Below are positions 37,565 to 46,708 of a stretch of 46,708 bases of DNA, piece by piece (the stretch's first letter is position 1; each line of letters begins with the position of its first letter). The stretch is from Dirinaria sp. TL-2023a (lineage: Eukaryota), in contig JAVEBF010000028.1 of assembly GCA_051941275.1 (NCBI GenBank), positions 1-46,708 of the forward strand, given 5' to 3'. The notes under the pieces were generated by a model. The model searched no databases. It was not told the DNA's origin and worked only from the letters and a program-made list of their open reading frames with translations. The position numbers and the translations under genes are program-made.

Positions 37565-38464
37565 ACGACAAGAGAGTCGTTTTTTGAATGTCCCATCTAC
37601 CTAAATCTACACATTTATGCAGCGTACATTTAATCCGCAGATACTGATCAAGTCACCCACTCATGCACACTTAGAATCTGAAAGTGGTACTTCGTATTTG
37701 ACCCCGTTTGCTGTACTAGCATACCCAAAAACATGAAATCTCGTTCTCTCTCTCAGTAACAGTCAGAGAACAGATGAATACTTCAGAGGGTGTCCCACCG
37801 ACAGTCTCCCATTTCCCTAACGCGCTCCTACCCAAATTCATCAGCTGTCGTGTCGAAATCTTTAGCGATCACTCGTTCCTCGTCTCAGAGGACCTGTTTC
37901 GCCCTTCGGCTTTTCTATTCTCCCTCGAATATATCGCCGCGTTCAAAAGTCAAAACTCGCTCTCAGAATAGAGCCATCCCTCCAAATTTTGACATGAGCG
38001 CCTATCAAAGATCTGCCAGCAGCTTCGTCCAGTGATTTTCTAGCAGAGTTAGAAGCAGCGATTGGAATAACTCTGTTCGGACGCCCTTTATGATAGGATC
38101 TTTGCATCTGAAACTTCGAGAGTACTGTATGTAGGACGAATGCGGTGTGCTTTGCGACAATGCTATGGCTCGTCCCAATAAGGTAGAGGACATACCCATC
38201 CTAAGTAAATCCTGAGGTAGCAAGAGGTCGAAGGATATTGACAGGTGAAAACGAATTGTGGTGGCAGTTGCTACACCCCATTGGATTTTGTGTCTGAAGC
38301 GGGATGCCCTAATCTCCTGCCCTAAGCCACGATAAGCTTTTTCCGGAGAACAGGCCGAAAGAACTTTCACACCCGCAGTGCTTAAAGTACTCTTGGATCG
38401 GCACCATATATGTAAAAGATGGATCGGGCACGTGCTTCTCCTCTCCAACGATATCAAATCTGTA

Positions 38465-40087
38465 ATGGCATTGTCCGAGCTGGAAGACAGGATCAGCAGC
38501 AACGCCAACCCTGCACCCGAGCAAGATGTTCAGAAGAAGAACATACTAAGTACGAGTACTCCACTGGAGACATCGGACGAAAAGTGCCATGAATCCTCAA
38601 ACGCAGATGCCGCCTCGGAGCCGCCTTCAGACGGTCAACAGCAGCCGCAATGGAACCGCCCCAGAATCAACATGTGGCGGACGTTCGCTGCGTTCATGAG
38701 CCTCTTCATCATGGGCTGTAATGATGCAGTATACGGTGTAAGCTCACATAACATCTTTCTCTCTGTTCCACGCGAAGCGAGCAAGCTGACAATAATATAT
38801 ATATCAGGCATTGATACCATATGTACGCTTTTTGTCCTTGAGAACCCCCAGATCCCCCTCAGATTCCAAAAGAAAGAAGTTCCCTCCCACTCATATATAT
38901 ACAATGTAATGGAATAGTTGGAAATATACTACCACCAATCCTATACGACCATCTCCCTGATCTTCCTCTCCCCCCTCGTCGGCTACGCCACCTCCGCCCT
39001 GCTCATCAACACCATCCACACCCGCTACGGCCAACGAGGCGTCGCCTTCCTGGGCCCAGGGACGCGGCTGATCGCCTACATCGTGATCGCGCTGCACCCG
39101 CCCTACCCGGTCCTAGTGGTGGCATTCATGCTCGCGGGATTCGGAACGGGGCTCGAAGACGGCGCCTGGAACGCGATGATCGGGCCGATGAAGAACGCCA
39201 ACCAAGTGCTGGGCTTCCTGCACGGCTTCTACGGGCTCGGGGGCGTGGTCGCCCCGCTCGTGTCCACGACCATGATCACCACGGGCCACCTGCCGTGGTA
39301 CGACTGGTACTACCTGATGATCGGGGTGCAGACACTGCACATGGGATTCGCGGTCGCGGCGTTCTGGGCGCGGAACGGGGCGCAGTACCGCGCGAGCCTG
39401 CTGCATTCGCAGCCGGGCCCGGACAGCAACGAGAAGGGAGGCCGGCTGCAGGAAGCCCTGCGCAACAAGGTGACCTGGATCTGCGCCGTGTTCCTACTGA
39501 TCGCCGTGGGGATCGAGGTCTCCATCAGCGGGTGGGTGGTGACGTATTCGCTGCGCGTGCGGCACGCGGGCCCCTTCGCGGCGGGGATGAGCTCCGTCGC
39601 GTTCTGGGCCGGCCTGACCGTCGGCCGCGTCGTGCTGGGCTTCGTCACCCCGCGCATCGGCGAGCGCCTCGCCATCTTTGTCTACCTCGCCTCCTCCGTC
39701 GTTGCGCACCTCGTCTTCTGGCTCGTCCCCGTCTACCCGGTCTCGGCCACCGGCGTCGCCTTCCTCGGCGCCTTCATCGGGCCCTTTTTCCCCGCCGCCG
39801 TCGCCGCCGCGGCCAAATTGCTCCCCACCCACCTGCACGTCGGGGGAGTCGGCTTCATCGCCGCTTTTGGCGCCGCCGGCGCTTGCGTGCTCCCCTTCGC
39901 CGTGGGCGGCATTGCCCAGGCCCGCGGCGTGCAGACCCTGATGCCGATTGTTTTGGCCATGTTGGTTGCCGATGCCGTCGTGTGGGCCTTGTTGCCGAGT
40001 TTGAAGGGCAAGCCCCCCGGGTCCAAAGCCGAAGCACGGCGTGAGGAAGACGAAGTAGAAGAAGTGGAGAAGGCCGATGGTGGCTGA
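38465..40087 (+). CDS. Major facilitator superfamily transporter (fucose-permease-like / Bsc6-like), about 485 aa, 3 exons
   Basis: Exons 38465-38737, 38808-38822 (15-nt microexon ALIPY) and 38918-40087. Joined sequence MGCNDAVYG|ALIPY|LEIYY, then GFGTGLEDGAWN, GFLHGFYGLG, GIEVSISGW, FWAGLTVGRVVLG and many hydrophobic segments. Confidence 0.88.
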
Positions 40088-40242
40088 ACAGGTAGAGGCG
40101 GAATAGAATAGGTGGGAATTGGTGCTACAAAAATAAAAAGTTATGAACCCAATAAAAAGCTACATGCAAAGGACCCGATGGCACTTAAATCGTACAGCCG
40201 TTGAAAAACAGTTCACGAACGCCCCGCTTCGGAAACGCTGCC

Positions 40243-40270
40243 AAAAAAAAAAAAAAAAAAAAAAAAAAAA
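40243..40270 (+). repeat. Poly(A) tract, 28 nt, between the convergent MFS and ATG18 genes
   Basis: Uninterrupted A run read directly. Confidence 0.9.
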
Positions 40271-40355
40271 TCGGGAATATTGCAAAACCATGAATGTGGA
40301 GAGAGACTGGTTGTGATCATTACTTTGGGAGTAATGCATGTAGTAGCAGCAGCAT

Positions 40356-41914
40356 TTATTTTTCATCATAGACGCCATCGCCGCCTAATCGTTCGCTTTC
40401 CCCTCCCACTTCGTAGACCTTGAGCAGAGACCCTTCGCCGCCTTTCTCGAGATCGATGCCGAACACGTAGAACCGGCCCTCGTTCGTCACGGCCATGACC
40501 TGCGGGCTGCTGGCGCTCATCGCCACCACACTCCGCAGCTGATGGCTAGAGGTGCTGCTGCTCGCGGCCGGGCCCGACGGCGGCACTTTCGGGATCTTCA
40601 CCCACGCGAAATCGCGTGCCGGTTCCCACATCTCGGAGACGGCTTGCGGGAGATAGGCGCCGACGGACGCCGCAACCGACGTGCCGACGTTCTGCGACGT
40701 CCGCCGCAGCATGCCCATCAAGGTGCCGTTGTTCTTGCGCGAGGCGATCGATCCCGAGTCCACGCCGTTGGAGGTCGAGCGCATGAGGTCCGTCTGCGAA
40801 TCGCTCGCGGGGCTGAGGCTGCGATCTCGCGCGTCTGATGATGATGAGGGCCGGGGTGCTGCGGACGAGGAAGCATCGCTTTCTTTTCGCTGGTGCGCCG
40901 GTGTGCCGAGCTTGAAGATGTGGATCGTGTCGGTTGCGGAGGAGACGCAGAGGAGGGTCGAGGCGGCGTTGAACGACATGCTGAAGATCCGCGACGGCAT
41001 CGAGCCTCGCCGAAACTGGTATAGCTTGCGCGCGGAAGGGATCGCGAAGACGCGGATGATGGTGCCTTTGTCGGAGGCGGTCGCGAGGAGTGTGCCGGTG
41101 TTGTTGACGGTGATGCAGGACAGGGGCGAGCGGTGCGCTTCGACGACGTTGATGGCTTCCAGCTTCTGCGCGTCGAAGATGAGCACGGCGCCGCTGGTTG
41201 GCGCGATGTGAGCTGACGTGGGTGGTGTGTGCGACGGCGGGGCGAAGGACGACGGAACGGCTTTTTGGGGCAGAGGGTAGGCGAGGTAGCAGTTGTCGGA
41301 GGACGGTGAAAGGGCGCAGATCGCTGTTGATCGTCAGCTGGGCTGAATATACTCTTGCAATCCCCCAATACAACCATTGGGATTCGGCGACGTCTCAATC
41401 GTGAACAGCAATTTCATGTTGCTTATGTCGTAGAGGTATATTTGATCTTCCAGGATCACTATCAACCGCTTTCGGTTCAGTCGAACAGCCAACACGGCCG
41501 TCGGATATGTAAGTTCGACTATCGTAGACTGCCTCTGGTACTCCCGAAATATCAGCTTGTATCTTTCCTGTTTGCGCGAAGTTCAGAGAAAGCTCGTCAT
41601 GCACAGTCCTTTTCGCCCAAAAGAACATAAGAATATGGGAACCTACCTTAGTGTTCGTGATCCGCAACCTCCGTGGAGACAGTATGAGAGCGACCAATGA
41701 TGTTGAGAAAAGCATCTCCAGCAAGGCGATATCGTCGTGCTTAGTCTCATAGCATTTTGAGAAAGGCTCGGTTGTGTAGATGCGAAAGCCTCTGGAGGTA
41801 CCTGTGTGGTGTTCGATGAGCGACGATCTTTCTTGAAGACCTTTTGAAGGTAATTTACTAACCTACAGCGAGATGGCTGTGGTCCTGGTTGAAAGTTACG
41901 AAGTTCATCGACAT
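40356..41914 (-). CDS. ATG18: Autophagy-related PROPPIN Atg18, about 444 aa, 4 exons
   Basis: Exons 41914-41863, 41801-41647, 41534-41375 and 41323-40356, in frame. Motifs [49 protein letters not shown], the phosphoinositide-binding LYQFRRG and ARDFAWVK. Confidence 0.95.
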
Positions 41915-42598
41915 TTTGTCCCTGTTGGCGTGTAGTAGAAGCTCTTCCACGACAAGCTGAATCTGGGATCATGCCTTTGGTAAAGGGACAACGAACATGC
42001 TGATAACCTCGAGAGGATCTTCGTCACACATTTGCAGTATGCACAGAGCGGATACAAGTGACATACATGTAAATACACTCAGTATTTACGCGTATGTCAC
42101 ATGTACCCGAGACACCTCAGACTCAGATATCGCCGGAGGATTCGAGGTTGACACAAAGGTTTCAACGATATCATGTGTCCGCGTTCTGGCTTGGCGGGCA
42201 TTTGGGGGTGCGAGTCCAGGGGACCAGGTTTGTACCTCGGGAGATCCCCCCCGCTAACACTTCGCTTATCTGATGATCTTGATTGTGAAGTAGAAGTAGA
42301 AGCAGGTATTATTATTATTGCCCTAGAGTTGAAAAGTACTCGTACTCTCGCAGATCGATCCACTCCACTGTGTTCACCCTCAGCCTAATCAACCCAATGC
42401 TGCTGCGAAGCCATATCATTCATGTTTGATTTGATAGATCCTTACAAGGTATCCAACTATGTGATTCCTTCGCTCTCGACATCTCCTTATGCTCTACGAA
42501 CAATCTACGCATCCATGTACGAGTACACCAAGTGCGCGTAATCCCAACTACCAGCTGTCGCCTGAATATCGTAAATCCTTGATCAAGTAGTCTCTGCC

Positions 42599-45500
42599 AT
42601 GGCCTTGCCAAGTGGGTCGGCAACGGGGAGCAGATCCAAAATGAAGCAGGATGACTCAATTATGGGGGTAACTCCTGCTAGACTCTACATGTTCTACCTT
42701 GGTGACTAAAGGATCGATAGACCAACAACAGCAGCATTGTCTCTAAACGAAGTGTTGAACGGCTTTACTATCCAGAGCCTCACTTTTTTCGTTACTTTGT
42801 CAGAAAACCCCAACGGCGATCGCCCCTCATCAACCGAGGATATTGGCTTCGTATGTATACCGTTGACTCCGTTGTCAAACGATTTCTTCAAGCGCCTACA
42901 GAGAAGCGTAAGCTCATCGGTAAGCAAGCTACTTACTTCTATCTCCTTTGTCTTTGCAGTTTCTGCTTCTTTATCCCCTTCCGTACAGTGTCTCTCGAAC
43001 TTTTTGCAGCCGCAAATCTCGGCATGGAAACTTTTCGTCTTAACTGATATTGATGGTTGATAGTGAACTTGGGTTGTGGCTAGTGAGTAAGACGCACTGG
43101 TTAATGATTGCCCAAAAGGGTCATCGATGCTGAATGCTTTACAGTGACCCATTGCCTTTCCAATGGCTTTCGAGGGACCCCGCAGCTTGTAAAAAAACAA
43201 CCTTCGTGGACGTCGACTACCCACAACTGATGTCCAAAAAGTGTCAAATTATCTCAGAAACTCCACAGTTTATCCAGGTCGTGGGTCCAAGCCAGAGCGC
43301 AAATTCTGTGAACGGCGTCCATTATCAAAGTCCTCAATATGTTGGTCTAGGTTGCGATCTGACAGACATCCATCGCCTAGACAACGTTCTGATGAATGAG
43401 CTAAGCTTCGCAAGCTGTATGGTTCTCTGTACTGCAGAAGTGTCTGTGACCTATATGAATACTGAGGCAGCAGATGCCTTGTTCAGATGGGCAGCTCGAT
43501 ACAGTGATAGTACGTGGAACTCTTGAGTAGCTGGTCAGATTCTAACCGCAACATGAAAGTTCATTTTTGCTTGCTAGAACAACATCTGCCAAACGGTTCA
43601 GATCATCCTTTCGCAAAGCAGATGATTCACCACTTCAAAAATCTTCACACCCCACTTAGATCTGTGCATATTTATCCTAAGATGATAGATCAAGAAAGGC
43701 GCTTCAAAACTCTCGGTTGGCAATGTGCACATGCGAGGAGCTTATGGGACCTATGGAGCGATCCGTCATTTTTATCGGCAGGGCAACGGCTCGCCATTAA
43801 TGGCCACGAGCCTTTCGATGAATGGGAGGATTTCGCCCTTTTTGCTTCTCATTATTTTCTACTCGAGGCATCAAGCTGGCCTGAAGCCAACAATACCATC
43901 ATCCACGGTGGTGTATTGAACAAAAGCTCAGTAACCAACTATCAAAACGGACATTGTGCGCACAAGAATGGTAGCCGAGGGTCCCTGAACTTGAAAGTAC
44001 TCCACAAATATAACTTGGGTATTTATCGGAGACATGGAGCTGCCTTCGAGATTTCTTCTGGGGTTGTTGCGCATCATGGTGGCCTTGGTGCCCAAGGTCG
44101 TGTGAACAGCACTGATGTGTACACGATAAATAAGACAGTGAATGACACGAAGGGCCTACCTGATAAGACTATTTGCTCTCGCATGTGTCACACTATTACA
44201 AATCTGGCAAACGGCATTTCTCTACTGGTTGGTGGCAGAACTTCACCAGACCATGGCCTCTCTGACTGTTGGCTGCGTCGAAAAGAGACGTGGCAGAGGG
44301 TAGAAGATCTGCCACTTCCTCTATATCGACATAGTGCTACCGTAGTAGAAATCGGCAGCGAAGAAAAAGCCGTACTCTTATTTGGAGGGAGAACGAATAG
44401 CCAGGACGCTTCGAATTGCTGGTTCCTCTGGCACGATACTAAGGGCTGGATTCGTGTCTCCGTCAACGGCAGCAACATAACGCCCCGCTTCTGTGCTATG
44501 ATGTCTGCAATCTCGTCTGACGCAGGCGTTATTTTCGGCGGTATTGCTGAAGACGGGACCGTTCTGCGAGACTTCTATAGCTGGAAGATAGTCCAGAATG
44601 GGGGAAATTGGTCTATCGATTATATGGATCGTAGCTCTGCTCTCTATTCTTCTGGGATCGACGCCGCATCACTTGGCCGATTTGGCGCGAGCCTTACACT
44701 GTCGCCAGTAGGTCTCTTACTTGTAGGAGGTGTTTCAGTCGATAATATCCACGATGAGGGTGCTTGCATCTGTTTCTCTAATCCATTAGCTCTATTGGAA
44801 AAGTCGCTGCACTCGAGCATTCGATCTTTCGCTATTCCATTTGACGATTGCGGTCAACAGCCCTTACTTGTAGGACATAGTGTATGTGAATCCAGGGGTT
44901 CTCTAGCAATCATTGGTGGTGGATCGAATTGCTTTTCTTTTGGCACGCACTGGAACCAAAGCGCTTGGACGCTGCAAACTACCAAGGATGATGATCAGCA
45001 ACGCTGGACGCTCGATGAGCGACTTCTCAAGGAACAGAAGCAGTCTGGCCCAGTACCGCAACTTCGTGCGGGTGGAGATCAATTCAAGGCAATAAACTCG
45101 TTAGATACCCCGAAGAGAGGAAACATTGCCTGTCTTGCGGTGAATAGTCAAAGAGATTTCGAACGCATCATGCACCACTCAGGACCTGTGAAGATGGAGA
45201 AGCTGGACCTGGGTTCATGCCTTAAGGACTGGTCATTCGACGCTCTCCGGGCCAAGGTTGGAAGTAATCGACCGGTACTGTTCCCTGCGCCCTCTACCGT
45301 ACTTTTCAATAATTGTGTATCAGGTGGTAGTTCATGAAGCATGTGAGCGGCACATGAGTTTCCTAGCAAAGAACTTTATGTACGTCACGAAGCCTTTCGG
45401 GCAATTCCTCGACGAGATCGCAAGAGGCTCCCAGCAATACCTCCGCTCCCTTTCTTCAGACGGGCCCTCTGAGAGACCAGCTCAGTTTGCAATCGATTTC

Positions 45501-46131
45501 CCCGAGCTGGCCGCAGACTTCCACCTGCCTCCAGAGCTCGAATTTGTATCACAAAATACCCACAGCTCGCCTTTGAGGATATCTGGGCCAGTCACGATGT
45601 GGTTGCACTACGACGTAAGTCTCCGTTCCAACCCTCAGGGTACTGGCTGAAACGCGTTTGGTGTAGGTTATGGCCAACGTCCTCTGTCAAATACAAGGTT
45701 CTAAGAAAGTGGTGCTTTATCCACCGTCGGACGTCATGCAACTGGGAATCGCCCCCGGTGAGTCTAGCTCCTCAATCAACGTTTTCGAGACCGATCATAG
45801 CTCCGGGGGTCCTCTTGCCCACTCACATCCTCTGGAGACAGTGCTGCGGCCGGGAGAGGTGCTCTTCATCCCGCCTCTGTGGCTGCACGCGACATCACCG
45901 CTGGACACGACCAGCATCTCGGTCAATGTCTTCTTCCGCAACTTCAAGACGGGCTATGCCGCCGGACGTGATGTGTACGGGAATCGAGATTTACAGGCTT
46001 ACGAGAAGGGAAGGAAGGACGTTGCCAAGATCGTGGAGAGCTTTGACAAGCTGCCTGCTCCGGTCAGCCGCTTCTACCTGGAGCGACTGGCCGAGGAATT
46101 GCGAGCCAGAGCGTTGGCGATTGCGCCTTGA
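42599..46131 (+). CDS. PPM2: tRNA wybutosine-synthesis protein Tyw4/Ppm2 (leucine carboxyl methyltransferase domain + Kelch repeats) fused to a C-terminal JmjC domain, 7 exons
   Basis: Exons 42599-42667, 42721-42919, 43064-43082, 43145-43509, 43560-45274, 45324-45614 and 45667-46131. LCM motifs TNNSSIVSKRSVER, RRSPLINRGYWLR, VNLGCGYDP, DVDYP, GCDL, AEVSVTYM and EPFDEWEDF. Kelch-like RMCHT..VGGR and YRHSA..FGGR. JmjC region SSPLRISG..MWLHYDVMAN..GSKKVVLYPP..PGEVLFIPPLWLHAT..SISVNVFF. Confidence 0.92.
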
Positions 46132-46349
46132 CCAAGAGTCGAACAGCAGCAACGATCCAATAAATACAGCATTCATATATCGCTCTTCGCGGTCCAACGG
46201 CTGTATCTGGACGACAAGCACCAACCGCCTCGATCGGATCGATATTGTACATCCTGCTAGCTTGATGCAGGCTACGACGCTAATGGAACACGTCTGTCAA
46301 GCGACGCGCATTATTCCCTTGCACTTCTCCCGGGATCCCGGTAAAAACC

Positions 46350-46380
46350 CTGGAACGCTGGAACGCTGGAACGCTGGAAC
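46350..46380 (+). repeat. Octamer tandem repeat (CTGGAACG) x about 4
   Basis: Sequence ctggaacg-ctggaacg-ctggaacg-ctggaac downstream of PPM2, preceded by the 12-bp palindrome ccgggatcccgg at 46330-46341. Confidence 0.85.
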
Positions 46381-46708
46381 CCTGTTGAGGTGAGCGTCAG
46401 CTGCATCATCACCATCACCATTAATAGTGATATTGATTGCTGTGAGAAGGAACCGAATGAATGATTATTTCCTATAGTAAGAGCTTGTTATGGCAAGTCG
46501 TGGTGGGGCACTACTGGCTTGACTGACAAGCGGTTGCACTAAAGTAGCCACAGAGGCGGGAGGCTAAAGGGAAAGGATATTGTTGAGACGAGGGAGTCCA
46601 GTACTACTATAGGAGCAGAGCGACTAGGGGGTGCGCCGGTTAGTGGAAGCAGTCCAGGCCAGAACAAAGAGATCCGCGCTGGGAAAGGGTGCGCTATGCT
46701 GATCCCAG

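Noticed and set aside
38005..38508. 167-aa minus-strand ORF upstream of the MFS gene
   Set aside because: Non-ATG start, no recognisable motif, and it overlaps the MFS promoter and start.
39113..41398. Long overlapping or antisense ORFs (39295..40044, 40546..41373, 40718..41398 and others)
   Set aside because: Expected by-product of very high GC3 suppressing stops in alternate frames. The translations are low-complexity and Arg/Pro/Ala-rich.
1648..46131. Programmed stop-codon readthrough (TGA-CTA) giving cryptic peroxisomal isoforms
   Set aside because: None of the TGA-ending genes I checked (SCC2, RPA12, LIA1, kinase, PET8, TilS-like, MFS, PPM2) is followed by CTA.
46350..46380. CRISPR-like or mobile-element repeats
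   Set aside because: Simple tandem repeat without spacers. No cas, transposase, reverse transcriptase, LTR or TIR signature was seen anywhere in the window.

Overview
Eukaryotic DNA, most likely from a filamentous ascomycete (Pezizomycotina), judged by short GT-AG introns with CTRAY-like branch sites and fungal-type proteins. The window is a gene-dense housekeeping block. I built 13 spliced gene models by hand, and each keeps frame. In order: cohesin loader Scc2/Mis4 (-), RNA Pol I subunit Rpa12 (+, absent from the ORF track), deoxyhypusine hydroxylase Lia1/DOHH (-), cytoplasmic dynein heavy chain (-), Svf1 (-), mitochondrial ribosomal protein uL11m (+), an Npr1/Hrk1/Oca2-type Ser/Thr kinase (+), a WDR48/UAF1-like WD40 protein (+), mitochondrial SAM carrier (-), a TilS-like PP-loop ATPase (+), an MFS transporter (+), Atg18 (-) and a Ppm2/Tyw4 methyltransferase-Kelch-JmjC fusion (+). 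I saw no transposon, CRISPR array, rRNA or tRNA, and I cannot support a wholly new biological system here. The best leads are: (i) a TAAGGTA element repeated in tandem, inverted and palindromic arrangements across most intergenic regions; (ii) a sharp GC-rich island over the 3' exons of the convergent MFS and ATG18 genes; (iii) stop-free 3n introns and an alternative acceptor that allow in-frame isoforms in dynein, Svf1 and Atg18; (iv) a weak intron whose retention would remove the JmjC core from Tyw4; (v) a TilS-like enzyme with divergent motifs, head-to-head with the mitochondrial SAM carrier. All family assignments are from motif recognition by eye. No database searches were run.
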